A stretch of 64,000 bases of DNA, taken from contig NIVC01000293.1 in NCBI GenBank assembly GCA_002269645.1, forward strand, positions 1 through 64,000, in the 5' to 3' direction. Below the pieces are notes generated by a model. It ran no database searches. It had not been told where the DNA came from and was given only the letters and a program-made list of their open reading frames with translations. The position numbers and the translations under genes are program-made. How positions within the stretch are numbered: the stretch's first letter is position 1; every line of letters starts with the position of its first letter. Shown piece after piece: positions 1-11,955 of this stretch. This DNA is from Macrostomum lignano (taxonomy: Eukaryota).

Positions 1-315
1 TGTATTACAATATTTATGATTTATTACGTTCTATATGGATAAACTCGAAACCAAAATCAGCGAAAATTGGAAGTCTTGTGTCAAAATTAGCCTCGAAATT
101 AGTGGAAGAGTTGCCTAGATATTGCCAGATTTGGTTTTATATACTTTAATTAAAAGCTGTCTAAATTGATGTTCGGCCTGTTTACTGGAAGTTGATTTAA
201 TTTAGTGGAAAGAAGATTAACGGCATAAATACGAACAGGAACACTGAAACAGCAGTTTTCCGCTTACTAGCTCGTATGCCATGCCCGCAGCGCCCTGCAG
301 CTGAACCAGACTGCG

Positions 316-3300
316 ATGAAAACATGCACCAGATTTTTTCGTTACTTTCAACTCATTGTGTTTGGCTTGTTATTTTGGTTTTCTCCATCCGGTACGTTTA
401 TTCTGTTTTGATTAGAGTCAGAAAAAACCAGTTTGCTCTTGCTAAAACGTGGGTTACTAAAAACGCAGAGTGCTGTTCCGGTAGGACGCTTTACTCGTCA
501 TCTGGAACGATCGCGTGCCCCTCCTCTGGAGGCCAGTATTCAAACAATTTGGATGTTTCCTGGTCTATTCGACCACGTGGTGTCAGCCGAATCCGATTCA
601 GCAAGCTGGATGTGGATTCGTGCTGCGACAAAGTTTTAATTTATGAAAGCGCAATCTACGCATCAAGCAGCTCAGAGAAGTTTCGACTTGTGCATGCAAA
701 CGCGACTGAGTCTGAGTTCTGGGTGAATTCCCTTTGTTGTGCGGTTTCGAAGTGACGGGTTTCACACGAGATCCGGATTTCGGCTTTCTTACGAACGCCA
801 GTGGGAATCGATTCCAGGTGAATTTTATGCCTTACGTTTATAACAGCACTCTGGTTGACTTTTGCTGATTTATTTGATCTCGGATGAAAATGGAATTTCA
901 GCTGCTACTGAGGTCATTCGGCAGAGAAGCGGTGTCAGACGGAGCCATCCAGATGTCGGGTCCTACCGCAATAACTACAAAAAAGCTTGGAGTATTTACG
1001 TGCCCAGAAATTCCCGTGTTTTCATTCGATTCACAAAGTTCAACACGGAATCTGGCCGCGACTATCTTAGGATATATTCAGGACTTGTTCCGCGATATCA
1101 ACACACGGCTCTGCAAGCGATTTCAGGCAATCATAGAATTCTTCATCCGTCATACACGTTTTCGCATAGCGTTACCCTAATTTTCACTACTGACGGCTCT
1201 GTTGTCCGTGAAGGGTTCGAATTTGAGTTCAATGTCCGTGAGTGATACAAGACGTCAACAGTATCTGGCAGTTTTTTCAGTTTTATTCAATTCAGAAGTT
1301 AAACTGTTCAGTGCAGAAAATATAAGTTAAAAGTTATGCAATCTTATGTTTATAGTTTCTTTTCTCGGCCAGATACGGACAGAGAAGCAACATAGTTTCC
1401 ATAGTTACTCGTAGTTACATAAATCTGAATAAGTCTCAACATTGTTTATGTTGATGCAGGTTATTTGTACTACGGATTATGCGCCATCGGCCTATCGATT
1501 ATAATGGATAATTAGTTTTAAGCAATGAGAAGAGAACTCTTATAAATTCTCTTTAGATTACATAAATATTATCAACTTCCACAAAAAATCTTAACGCTGC
1601 TACATTTACTCAGTTTGATACTCTTTACAGATGATCATGAATTACTGTGGATCTTTTCAAAATGGACCAGAATGGCCATAGGTGGCTCGAAATTCAGTTT
1701 TTCACTGCTTTCTATGGATCGAAATGTATCAGCTAGGTGTTACTTAGATCTTGAATGTGGAAGGCAAACTTCGGAGATCGCAATGAATTCCGTAAGCCGG
1801 GCATTTATCTGCATTAAATTTTCGAAAAAAGTGCTATATACGAGCGTAATTACTGGTTTAAGTTTTTCTTATAACTTTGCATAGTGAAGGTAATATCTCT
1901 TGACCTTTCAAGTTTGCATTCAAAAGCTTGGACAAATTTAAAGAGCCTCAGATTATATATGAATTGTTTTTGCAATTCCTCCAGACGATCTACTCACAAT
2001 GAAGATCAGTTAAAAAATTGTACCTGTTTTCTGGAATCATCTCAGACACTGCTGTCTGCATTCGAAACATCACGTGCAGATTCCGTGGCAGCGGTATCAA
2101 TGAACTGATTGAATCGACTCCAGCACCTGATGGTAAACAACTTTCTTCAATCAGTTTTTGAGACTCTGCATAGATGTTTTTGAAGAAGCGAAGTGTCTGT
2201 ATTGCAATATTAGCAAAGCGGTTCAGTAACTGTAGCAGATTTTGATTATCCTGCTCTAGTTTCCTTCATACATATGAATAACTTTCAGTTAAGCCAGCTT
2301 CACTTGAAATCAGCCTGATAAAGCCTGAGCTGTGGAGCCTCTCAGATAGTTTGATTCGGTTTCGAGCTGTGTCTCAAGCCGAGTGTCGGCGAGTGAGGCA
2401 TCGCTGCGAGCTGAGGCTTTTCAATGGAAGCGCAGTCACTGCTGTGCAAGTGAAGCGGGTAAGAATAATGTAACAATGCGTAGTTAAAATATTTAGCATA
2501 ATATAATATACTTAGAGTAATTGCTATGATAGGCGTGTACAACTAAACGATGTACACTGTAGGCCCGTACTGATATGCAGATATACGCAATTGTATTTTC
2601 CTTCAATTTACAATACCCAGCTAGCGTATTTTTATTCTGATACAATTGCTACGTCAAAACTTCAGCAAGCATCACAGCCACGTATTTCTCAGTGTGTGAG
2701 CAGAGTTCAAACAGATTTTACTCTGCTGGCTGAGCTCATCGACACAGTCAATTCTACGATAATTTGTTACAAGCAAGCCGGAACAGTCAACTATTCTCTG
2801 CCGGCTATGCAACTGCGTGAGTTGAGTTAAGATTATGAAGTTAATGCATAAATATATGCGTATAATATAAATAATGTATATAGAGCTCATTAAAAACAGG
2901 AATTTTATGTATGCGCATAAAATCACTACGTTAGAATATATAACAGTATATATATAAATATACATAAAAATATATATATATAATATATATATATATAAAT
3001 ATAATATATTAGAATATATAATATATATAACTATAGAATCTTCATACGAGCGTAGAAGCATGATTAGCGATATAGAAAAAAAGCGAGAACGATTACGAAA
3101 GATTTTAACTGATTTATTTTTGTGATTAATTTCATTAATTTTTAATCAAATAATTAACTTATTTGACTCTGTTTTTAAATGAAGTAAAAAGGTGACATTT
3201 GCGAGAGTAGGTTTGCAGAGTTTAAATCATTTGTTCAACGTATGTCATATGTACCAGCTGATTTATTCAATGTTTGGAATGTCGAATAAAGAAAGGTATT

Positions 3301-4771
3301 ATTATGATCGGCTCCTTACAATGGTCATTTCCTTATATCAGCTGTTCGAGAAATTCAATGGAGATTCCCAGAGTCTACTGAGATCGCTGCGGGTGCTCCA
3401 ATGCGCATTTTATTAACAACAGCTGCAAGCATCCGAGGCCTGTCAGCGAAATGTCGGCTGCACCAGGAGTGCGAGAATGGAACCATCGAAGTCCCGATCC
3501 GTGTTGTAAGATATAATCAAAATATTTGATACTTAATGAAGGCAAAAAGAAATAATAATTTTGGCTAAACATATTTGGCATCCGATTAATGTCTATTAAG
3601 GTTGATACTATTTGATATATACTTCTTGTGCGAAGTACTAGCCATATTTCCCACAATATGCATACACCATCAATTATGAAGTTCACTCGTCGTTTTACCT
3701 GCTACCACAGGATCGAATCGTCTCGACATCTTCGGGAAAAGTATTCCAGTTTTTTGGACGATGGCAGCGTCAAGTGTGCAGCCGCAATGTGTCTTGCGCA
3801 TTCTCTGTGCCAGGAATGCTCGGTTCGATTGAATTCAGCCAATTACCTCCAGGTATTGCTGTTGACCTCTCTTGTGATTCATTTATTTCATAACAGCTCA
3901 TAAAAACATGCGTTCTTAATGCATTTACAACCGTTTCTCCGTTTTATTGATTTCAGTTGAACCAAATGACTTACAGCTTAAGTTGATTGATCCTGAGCTG
4001 TGGCTACTCAACGGAGCAATTCAGTTCCGTGCGGTTTCCAAACACGCCTGTCCCAGTGTGAGGCACCGCTGTGAGCTGAGGACGGCTACTAACTATTCGA
4101 TTCCCGCGACGCTAATAAAGAAGGTTGTTTTTGTCTGTTGGCAGCATTATGTAGCTCGCTATGTGCAAGATAGTATGCTTTGCTTAACTTCAGGATGTCT
4201 CGAAGCCCATCGGGCCGCAGTGCTTCAGCTCGGTGATGTCGCAGTTCTTGGCGTTCGCTCAGCCATCAGACGTAGCGGGTTCCACCGTGAGGTGCCGCCT
4301 GCTCAACGGCAGCTCTGCGCTGCTCGTGCTTCCCGAAAAGGGTTTTGGTGAGTTTCGCAGCTGATTTCAGATGTTATACACGAGAAAGCAGCCCTGCTTT
4401 AAATATCGCCTCCATCAACAGGAGAGACGAGGCTGGCCGAAGTCTGGGAGCGGCCACTGCTAGCAGCTTCATCAACTACGGCTGTTCTCGCCATCATTGC
4501 ACTGGTAGCAGTGGTGGCCTGCTTTGTGCTGATGAGATCTGGTCGGTGGCCACCTTGGAAAAAATCTCCGGATGCGTCAGTAGTGAATGAGTCAATGAAG
4601 ATGCAAATGACAGTCAGTAACCAATATTATGGCGAATCAGCAGGCATTGTAAGCAGCTTTAATGTGATTTGAGGCACCAGACTTCATCATATTTTCAGCA
4701 ATGTCAAATTATTAATCATGCTTGCATCCGACTTTCAGCCTGATGACTCAACCGGAGTTTACGTCACGTGA
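316..4771 (+). pseudogene. Paralog A1: CUB-domain type I membrane protein (SP-CUB-CUB-W-P-W-P-TM-tail), disrupted
   Basis: Predicted exons 316-391 (signal peptide MKTCTRFFRYFQLIVFGLLFWFSPS), 469-817, 902-1237, 1631-1791, 1985-2132, 2289-2458, 2666-2816, 3342-3505, 3711-3852, 3957-4123, 4194-4347, 4422-4648 (TM AVLAIIALVAVVACFVLM), 4739-4771 (PDDSTGVYVT*). All are GT-AG with matching phases. Lesions: 2-nt deletion at ~729 relative to A2 (TGA at 753-755) and in-frame TGA at 2000-2002. Confidence 0.85.
2860..3030. repeat. AT-rich / (TA)n low-complexity tract in an A1 intron
   Basis: Runs of TATATA and AATATAT; the matching A2 intron lacks the long tract. Confidence 0.75.
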
Positions 4772-4971
4772 AAGAGCCACCAAAAATGACTAATTACTAC
4801 ATACAGAAGACGATCGATACGAGCTAAAAAACCTAAAAATCTAGGGCAGTAACTTTTTCTAAAATTTTTAAATACCTAGGTCTATTGCTGCTATAGTTTT
4901 ACTTTGCTTAAAAGTCAGTAATTACTTTCAACATTAGGTGTATATGTATCTGATAAATTCGGCAACTTTTG

Positions 4972-5593
4972 ACTCAGCAACAGTCAAAAGTTCTACCCTC
5001 CAAATTGCAAAAACTTCACACACAATTCAACCCTCAAGTTACGCAACTAAGCCGCCGCGAGGAAGGGAAAGTTGATTGAATATCAATACTCGTAGTAAAA
5101 TCATAATTTTTTATGCAATATTTAGTTAGAATCGCGATGCGTGTGGGATCCCCTCGCACGCAGTAAGTGCGACGACTCTGCGGGGCATCCCAATGATGAG
5201 CGGCGCAGAAAGTCCTGGGGAAGCCGCTCCGAAGCGTTTTCAATGGCATGACGCAGAGCTCTCCGCAACATTCTGTGGTGGATTCTCTTTTCGAATGCTA
5301 CGTTTTAGGAAGTCCCAGACATGCTCGATGGGATTCATGTCTGGGGACCGGGAAGGCCAGCGCAGAGTGCGCAGCTGTAGCTGTTCCTTCAGTTGACTAA
5401 CAGCATCGGCTTGGTGTGGCGGGGCGTTGTTCCTGAGCTAGGTCTGCTTAATGTCCAGGCCTGGACCATTAAGCAGACCCAAGCCACCCCCAAGCGGCAA
5501 TAAGCTTTGCGCGTGCCGTAGGTTGCGTCACTCGCAATAAGTTAAAAAAATCATCACGCTTAGTGGGGTGGAACTTTTGACTGTTGCTGAGTA
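4972..5593 (-). mobile_element. Internally deleted Tc1-family DNA transposon
   Basis: 27-bp terminal inverted repeats with one mismatch (4972-4998 / 5566-5592) and TA on the right flank. The minus strand (~5436-5140) reads RNNAPPH...LRWPSRSPDMNPIEHVWDFLKRSI, matching the Tc1 QDNAPxH and WPxxSPDLNPIE motifs. Absent from the A2 copy. Confidence 0.88.
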
Positions 5594-6618
5594 TATCAAT
5601 ATTAACCCGATGTAATAGCCTCTCCTGTACTCCTGATGGTCCTGATGCTTTATATAGTATAAAGTAAAACCAATTATCTTGTCATTTACTCAAGGTAGGT
5701 AATGCTCAACTGTAGAGCACTAATTAAAACAACATTGATCATCAATAAATAACTTTGCAATCCAATAGATAAAATGATTGATTAAATTCTGTGTTTTTGA
5801 CCTTGATGAAAATTTGAAATTGCGAATCGACGGTTTTAAAATATTTGATAAGAAGTATAATCACGCCAATTTATTTCTACTGAAGTTTTTCGTCTGTTTT
5901 GGTTTGGTGTTTAAAGTTATTGCGAGATTATTGCAATTGAAATTTAGATTTCAAATTAATAAGTCTGTAAATTTCATCAATCTTTAGCATCAAGTCTTTA
6001 GCAACATGTATATCCGTTTGCTATTATAAGTTATTTTATTTATAGATGTTTCTTATCCTTACAGAAGTGACAGCCTACTAAAAGATAGTATAGTTGCTCT
6101 AGCTTAGAAAAATTATTAGTCTTAGTTCGCTTGGACTCGGGTATTCATTAAAACCGCATGAAATTCTAAGATTCGGTGTCAGCGTTTGGGTGGAGTCTAG
6201 TGACGAAGTTTATTAATGTATTCAATAACGAATAGAAACGCTGTAACAATTATACAGACCGTACTATAAGAGTTATACTACAAGCTGTTAAAGTTATTTA
6301 CTGAAATACATCAACCGATTAATTTACTGATAATATGGCTTTCTAAAACGTTTAGGCTCTGCAGTTTATTCGCAAACAGTCTAGCTGTACATGAACACCA
6401 AAGCTTATGCATAAAAATGCTGCGCATCCCATTTTTGCCAACAGAATTTTGGCCAATTTTTATCATGTGAAACATTAAATTCTTCCTTGCCGCAGTGCAA
6501 GGGGTGCAAGGGCTTATAAACTTCAAATATAAACCGGAAAATGTAATGTACGCTCGTACCTGACACTAGGCATTCGCATTTCGCTTGATGGCTCAAGCAA
6601 TAAAAATTTAATTACACC

Positions 6619-6908
6619 GGGGCCGTAGCCCAGTGATCTATAGTGAGGTAGTGTCTGCGGCCCAGGCTCGAGTCAAAGTGCAGTCACATTTATTGAAGTC
6701 CTAATTGGAATCTCAGCTTGGCTCTGCTCATGCAATTAGCAGCCTTGAGGGCCAATCACAAGGCGCAGTGAAGTGTACATTCCAGACGATAATTAAATAA
6801 AGTTGGGGCTGCTGTACACTCCTGTGTGAGAGTATGCCTGTGTGTGTGACTGCGTACGTGTCCGTGCGATTGTGCTCAGGGGAGTCGTGGGAATGGGCAG
6901 TAATGTCT
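6619..6908 (+). mobile_element. tRNA-derived SINE, family 1
   Basis: GGGCCGTAGCCCAGTG head (A-box-like), GGCTCGAGTC (B-box-like) and a conserved body ending CTCAGGGGAGTCG...GGGCAGT. Other copies at 12679, 25510, 12530 (minus strand) and 13599 (partial). Confidence 0.7.
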
Positions 6909-7575
6909 CTCGCTGGTTTTGTGACGAAACTTTTTTTCTTATTTTTTTTATCTTACCCGTATTGCACACATGTATTAGTAGCTGATCTCTGTTAGCATAC
7001 CATTTGTACGAGCTTACTATAAAAAAAACAGAAACGACAGCGAGACAGCTTGCTTATCAGGGCATACCTGCAGATATCTCAGATCCTGTAAGCGTCCAAG
7101 TTAAATTGCAACCATGGGAGGTTATGTATACGACGACCATTCAAATGAAAAAGTTCTCCAATGGTGGCAAAAACTCTCATTGGCAGTAGATTTTGGCACG
7201 CTGAAGACACAGGCCGAGTAAAAAACTTGGCTAAGAATAAAGCATACTCAAGCTATCAAGCCTAAAGCCTTGATAAAATGAAGTACGATCGTAGATGTGT
7301 CGTCGGATTGTCAGATCCACCGCGAGATTATTTTATCTTTCGATCAAATTAGTTTTTTTACAGTTACTTGTTCTTTAGTTTGTGCAATTTCACTCTTAAA
7401 CGTTTTTTGACTCATTAGGTAATTCATTTTCTTGGTCACGCACCAACCCGTATAATGGCTGTGCACGCTACTCTCTAGTCGTATGCACTTCAGCTAAAGG
7501 GCACGCTCTATTGTCTTATAAACTTGCAATCAACTTCCCTCGGTCTCCGAACCCATAAGTTCGCAATGCTATTTG

Positions 7576-7851
7576 CACTCAGCAACATTGAAAAGTCGCC
7601 ACTCTTTGCTCCAATGAGCAATTTCTCTTGAACTTCTAGTAATTCTGAAAAAAATACTAGAAAACTGATCGGGTAGCTTTAATCCTTCCAACCCTCGCAC
7701 ACCGCTCCCCCACTTCATTCATCAACTCAAGTCTGTCGTGGCGTAGCTAAGTTGCGTCACTCGCAAAGATTCAGAGACTTTACCTGCACTCTCAAAAGTG
7801 ACGACCTCGAAGGAATCTTCGGTGATGGAGACTTTTCGGTGTTACTGAGTA
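7576..7851. mobile_element. Tc1-like MITE
   Basis: Imperfect TIRs CACTCAGCAACATTGAAAAGTCGCC / GGAGACTTTTCGGTGTTACTGAGTA followed by TA. Shares the terminal motif and internal GTTGCGTCACTCGCAA with the 4972-5593 element; a similar left end occurs at ~38988. Confidence 0.65.
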
Positions 7852-7886
7852 TATAGGGCCCGATATATACGATAAGATCGTTTTTA

Positions 7887-7960
7887 ACTCCTATCTCCAC
7901 AGTGTAAAAGTTCCTACGTACGATCAAACTTACGCTACGACAGCTTTAGAGTACGACCCC
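7887..7960 (+). repeat. Dispersed ~75-bp repeat, second copy at 54483-54558
   Basis: CTCCTATCTC..CAGTGTAAAAGTTCC.ACGTACGATC.AACTTACGCTACGACAGCTTTA.AGTACGACCCCA is present at both sites. Confidence 0.7.
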
Positions 7961-9479
7961 ATAGTTTTTAAATGCGTTCTCGTCAGGACGATCAGATCGA
8001 TGAAGCGGTGGGAAGCCAAGGCAGCTGACGCAATGAAATTGAACCTACCCCGATTTTCAAGGCAACTTCGTGAGTTTTAACAAACATTAAAATTACTCCG
8101 CGAATGAATACATTTTTTACGATAATGAAATTTGAACATACCCACGCGCTTATTGTTGATCGTAATCTAGTCTCTAAAATTTAAATCTAAAAAGACACTA
8201 AAGTTCCTTGACTAACAGCGCGGTTTTAACTGATATTCATCCATCCATAGATCTTCGTTCATGCATAGAAGAAATCAAGTTTTTCTGTTTGCAGAACAAT
8301 CAACCTCAAAAGTCATCAGTTAATGAATGAACGAATATGAACAAATTGTCAACACAAAATACCATAAAATATTGATTTTTGCAAAATTAATTATCTCAAT
8401 TTCGAGTTGATGTGCAAAGCTTTTTATTGCATATTAACAAAATTGTATGAGTCTGTGAAATTCCAACAGAAATTCAAATTTATCATTCTGAATTCTCCTA
8501 TTTAAGTTTCTATTCATCCTTAGATACATACAGATTGTCAATTATGGTTTCTAGGTAAATTGCTCGCAAAAATAAATTAAACTGTCAATAAACTTAACTC
8601 GATCAAGAACGGTTGTTCTTTTGAAAGCAGGATCATTAAGAGCCACTCAAAATAGGCCTTCTGATGACAAAGCGAACTGAACTTATTCGGGGAGCGTTTG
8701 ATCAACATGATTTACTTTGCCAACAACGGATCCCCGGGCACTCGGATCAACCCAACAACGAGATGACCAATCACCAATTAGCCCTTTCTTTGACCCCCTG
8801 CCTGTGGCCTCCATCCCACTGCTATTGTAACCACTTGTGGGGGTGCAACGAAGCACAAGGAGAGATAACCGCCGATAGTTCAGCTCTGCCGGCAGGATCC
8901 CCTCTTCCTCCTGCCCTCCGCAGGCCTTGCTTGGAATCAACCGCAGTCTGGCACCAAGGCGGTGACCACGGCTATCTCAGGTCATGGCTGGTCAGTTCAA
9001 GGAAGCATTTAATTTTAGAATGCCTCCTCTTTATTTAGGACAGGCTCACCGCGGCGCAAATCTGGATTTTTTCGACAGTTTCAAGCACGGGAATTTCTGC
9101 CACCTCGTCCAGGGGCTACCGGGCGACCGATCACTCACCTCCTGGAGGGGGACAGAACTGAGAACACCGGCACCACGGGATCTCCCTGCGCGACACAGTA
9201 GCACCAGCTGCCCGTGATCGCCAGGGGTCTGCGGAATGGACGGCAACACCTCCCTTCTGCACCCATATTCCGGGAAGCCTTGCAGCTAATTCTAGTGGCA
9301 AGTATGCAGTGTCCGTCATACAAAAGCTCGCAGTTGATAAATCAATCGTTTTTACAAGCCCGTACTCATGGACAAAGAAGACAAACGCTATAATATCTCT
9401 CTCGCAATACAGTTCGAAATAAACTGATACATACTTCCCCACCAACACACTGCCCGCTTTTTGCTAAAAGTAGTTGGTG

Positions 9480-9660
9480 AAGTCTCTTGCTAAAGTTTTC
9501 GAATTCGATGTTGTGAAATTTCGACCTTGTGAAGTTTCGACCTTGTGAAAGTGGCTGCTATTTGAGTTTTCGATGTTATGAAATTTCGACCATGTGAAAT
9601 TTCGATTGTGTGAAAGAAGGTGCTTTCGACGTTGTGAAATTTCGAGTTTGTGAAACCCCC
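9480..9660. repeat. Degenerate TGTGAAATTTCGAC-unit repeat element; rearranged copy at 51680-51880
   Basis: Tandem ~20-bp units. 9610-9660 is the reverse complement of 51681-51730, and 9480-9550 matches 51780-51840 directly. Confidence 0.7.
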
Positions 9661-10588
9661 CTTCAATGAATGGCTTCGAAAAGGAACATATTTGGCCCAG
9701 CCAGAAATTTGAATCCCTTGGGGAGTGGAGGGAGTGGGCCTGTACAATATCGAAAATATAGGATTCCCCATTCCCTTGCATTTTCTGTATCCCCTGTCAC
9801 CCTTTTTCTGCGCTAACACCACTGAATAGAGGCCAGCTAAATTCCCAAAAGACACCACAGATCCGAACCCCCAAGAGAGCTTTCTTCTGAAAATAAAGTT
9901 CGTTCATTTCTTGGCATTGAGTTGGGTGTGTCAATAATTTCAGCATTAACGACAGTTAAATTGATCAAATTTGAGTGTTGAGAACTATATGTTCGAATAA
10001 TTGAACTAAATTTTTATCAACGTGTTTCATTAACTGGTTACTAACTCTTTTAAGGCTTATTAAGCCGTTATTACCCATGTGAATGTTACAGTTACTATAT
10101 TTTTTACATTTTAATTACAAAGTTTAGCCTTTCAACAACGACGCCCAATCTGTTTTGCATACTTGTCCTGTCTTACATTTACTACAATGAACAACAGTAT
10201 CTGCTTGTAACTATCTATAATACGAGATTTGTGTGTCATCTGAAACGAAAGGGTTTGTATTTTTAGCAAATATATACTTTCACAATCACATTACAGTTTG
10301 AGTTACAAACGTACAAATATTACAAACTCCAAAAAATTTACAACCTAAACAAATTCACGGGGCGCTTTCATTAGGCAAAAATTTCACTTTGCCGAAAAGC
10401 ACTCTCTTTCACTAGGCCGAACCTTATGGAAGAGCATACTCGGCAATGTGAAGTTTCGGCCTAGTAACCCCCTTCCCCCAAAATTCACTAAGGTGGCTTT
10501 AAGCTACCTCAAATTTCCGAATTTCAAATCTTCGAACCCAAAAAGCAAAAAACTAAGACAGTTTTTCACTCAATCCCACATAGCATTG

Positions 10589-10955
10589 CTCCACTCCTCT
10601 CTACCCTCTCTCCCCTCTACCCTCTCTCCTCTCTACCCTCTCTCCTCTCTACCCTCTCTCCCCTCTACCCTCTCTCCTCTCTACCCTCTCTCCTCTCTAC
10701 CCTCTTTCCTCTCTACCCTCTCTCCTCTCTACCCTCTCTCCTCTCTACCCTCTCTCCTCTCTACCCTATATCCTCTCTACCCTCTCTCCTCTCTACCCTA
10801 TATCCTCTCTACCCTCTCTCCTCTCTACCCTATATCCTCTCTACCCTCTCTCCTCTCTACCCTCTCTCCTCTCTACCCTCTCTCCTCTCTACCCTCTCTC
10901 CTCTCTACCCTCTCTCCTCTCTACCCTCTCTCCTCTCTACCCTCTCTCCTCTCCC
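10589..10955. repeat. CT-rich minisatellite built from CTCTACCCTCTCTC units
   Basis: Pyrimidine-rich tandem array; it produces the spurious SLPS/TLSP/LYPL ORF 10448-10969. Confidence 0.92.
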
Positions 10956-11529
10956 TACTTCTTTTCTAAAAGCCCGCTTTCTAAAAGCGCAAATATTTAC
11001 ATGTATAAATTTATCGTCAATTTGATGCTTTTAATTTTCTTTCGACTGCAAACAAAAATTTGTTCTCGGGGGCTCTTAGCTCTACGCTACTAAAAGTAGT
11101 CTGATGCGCATTTAAATTTTATGAAACTTCACACATCTTTCCGAAAAAAATTATTTCACAATGTTGGCACTAGGCAACAGCAAATATAGCCCTAACGTTT
11201 ATTGTAAAGAGTAGCCACCTATTTTTGTGATAAAAAAACGGTTCTCCCGCTAGGCTGAAAGGGCAGTGCTATTAAATAAAGCTGCCTTGAACATGAAACA
11301 CGCCAAATTTAGGTTGCCGTCTCATAGGCCGCCGGGCGATCACCGGGCGGCTTCGATTAGGATTAAAAAAATCGTCCATATTAAGGCTATATAAAGTATT
11401 ACGAGTAAAAAATCACCATTTCTCATTGAAAAATCAGATCATATTTCATTGTAAAGTGTAAATAAAAATATTTACCGACTGCCCTCACAGGCGGCTGCGA
11501 GGGCGCACACCGCCCACTGTACGCCCCAC

Positions 11530-11955
11530 TTAGTTGTCCCACTGGTCCCAGTGTCCTTCACCAGACTCTTTATTGCCAGCCTCAAAATGCAGAAAGGTCT
11601 TTGTGCCACCGGACTGTCGGTAGATCACCCACGATTTCCGCACAAGCATCGCAAGAAGATGAAATCCCAGCGTGTGGAACCAGCGCATGCTCTTTCGGTT
11701 CGCGAGATACGGGTGCATTGAGGCGTCCAAATGGTCAATCCCGGCCATGCTGGAAGAGTAGGCAAGCACGCTGGCAGGCTTTTGCACCACCTGCATTGCA
11801 CCACCGCGAACCTGAACGCATTCTGCCTTGCCCGCCGTGTCCAGCAAATGCAGAGTCTTGATGCTGCTTAGCTTCCAGTCGACAAATTTACACGCCAGGA
11901 GGTCACCTGAATGTGCGAATGCAGATGAAGTTTGATGTTTGGTGACAGCCTGCAA
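11530..11955 (-). mobile_element. piggyBac transposase C-terminal fragment
   Basis: Translation VQKPASVLAYSSSMAGIDHLDASMHPYLANRKSMRWFHTLGFHLLAMLVRKSWVIY matches the piggyBac KPxxVxxYNxxMGGVDxxDQ...RKxxKWYxxLFxHLL consensus. No TTAA-bounded ends found. Confidence 0.8.

Larger units (their letters stand above)
1..9392 (+). repeat. Segmental duplication, copy 1 (gene A1 plus ~4.6 kb downstream)
   Basis: Position 1 aligns to 15688. Colinear similarity continues through all A exons, the 3' flank, the SINE at 6619, the 7000-7330 and 8800-9170 blocks, and ends at a shared 32-mer (9361-9392 = 27989-28020). The unit may begin upstream of the window. Confidence 0.9.

Noticed and set aside
276-468. N-terminus MPCPQRP...YVYSVLIRVRKNQF from the ORF track (also 15895-16159)
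   Set aside because: It reads through intron 1. The signal peptide is in another frame (ATG at 316 / 16007) with a phase-1 donor matching the CUB1 acceptor.
7004-7189. ORF ending TTT(I/L)QMKK.SNG..N.HWQ, also at 26840-27037, as a further tail exon
   Set aside because: A1 and A2 already terminate at the VYVT exon. The two copies differ by internal frameshifts, and the similarity is explained by the segmental duplication.
8664-9330. GC-rich block (copy at 27390-27860) with a minus-strand HGQL resembling Pif1/Helitron helicase motif VI
   Set aside because: Only four residues match, the frame is interrupted in the second copy, and no other helicase motif is visible; left unassigned.
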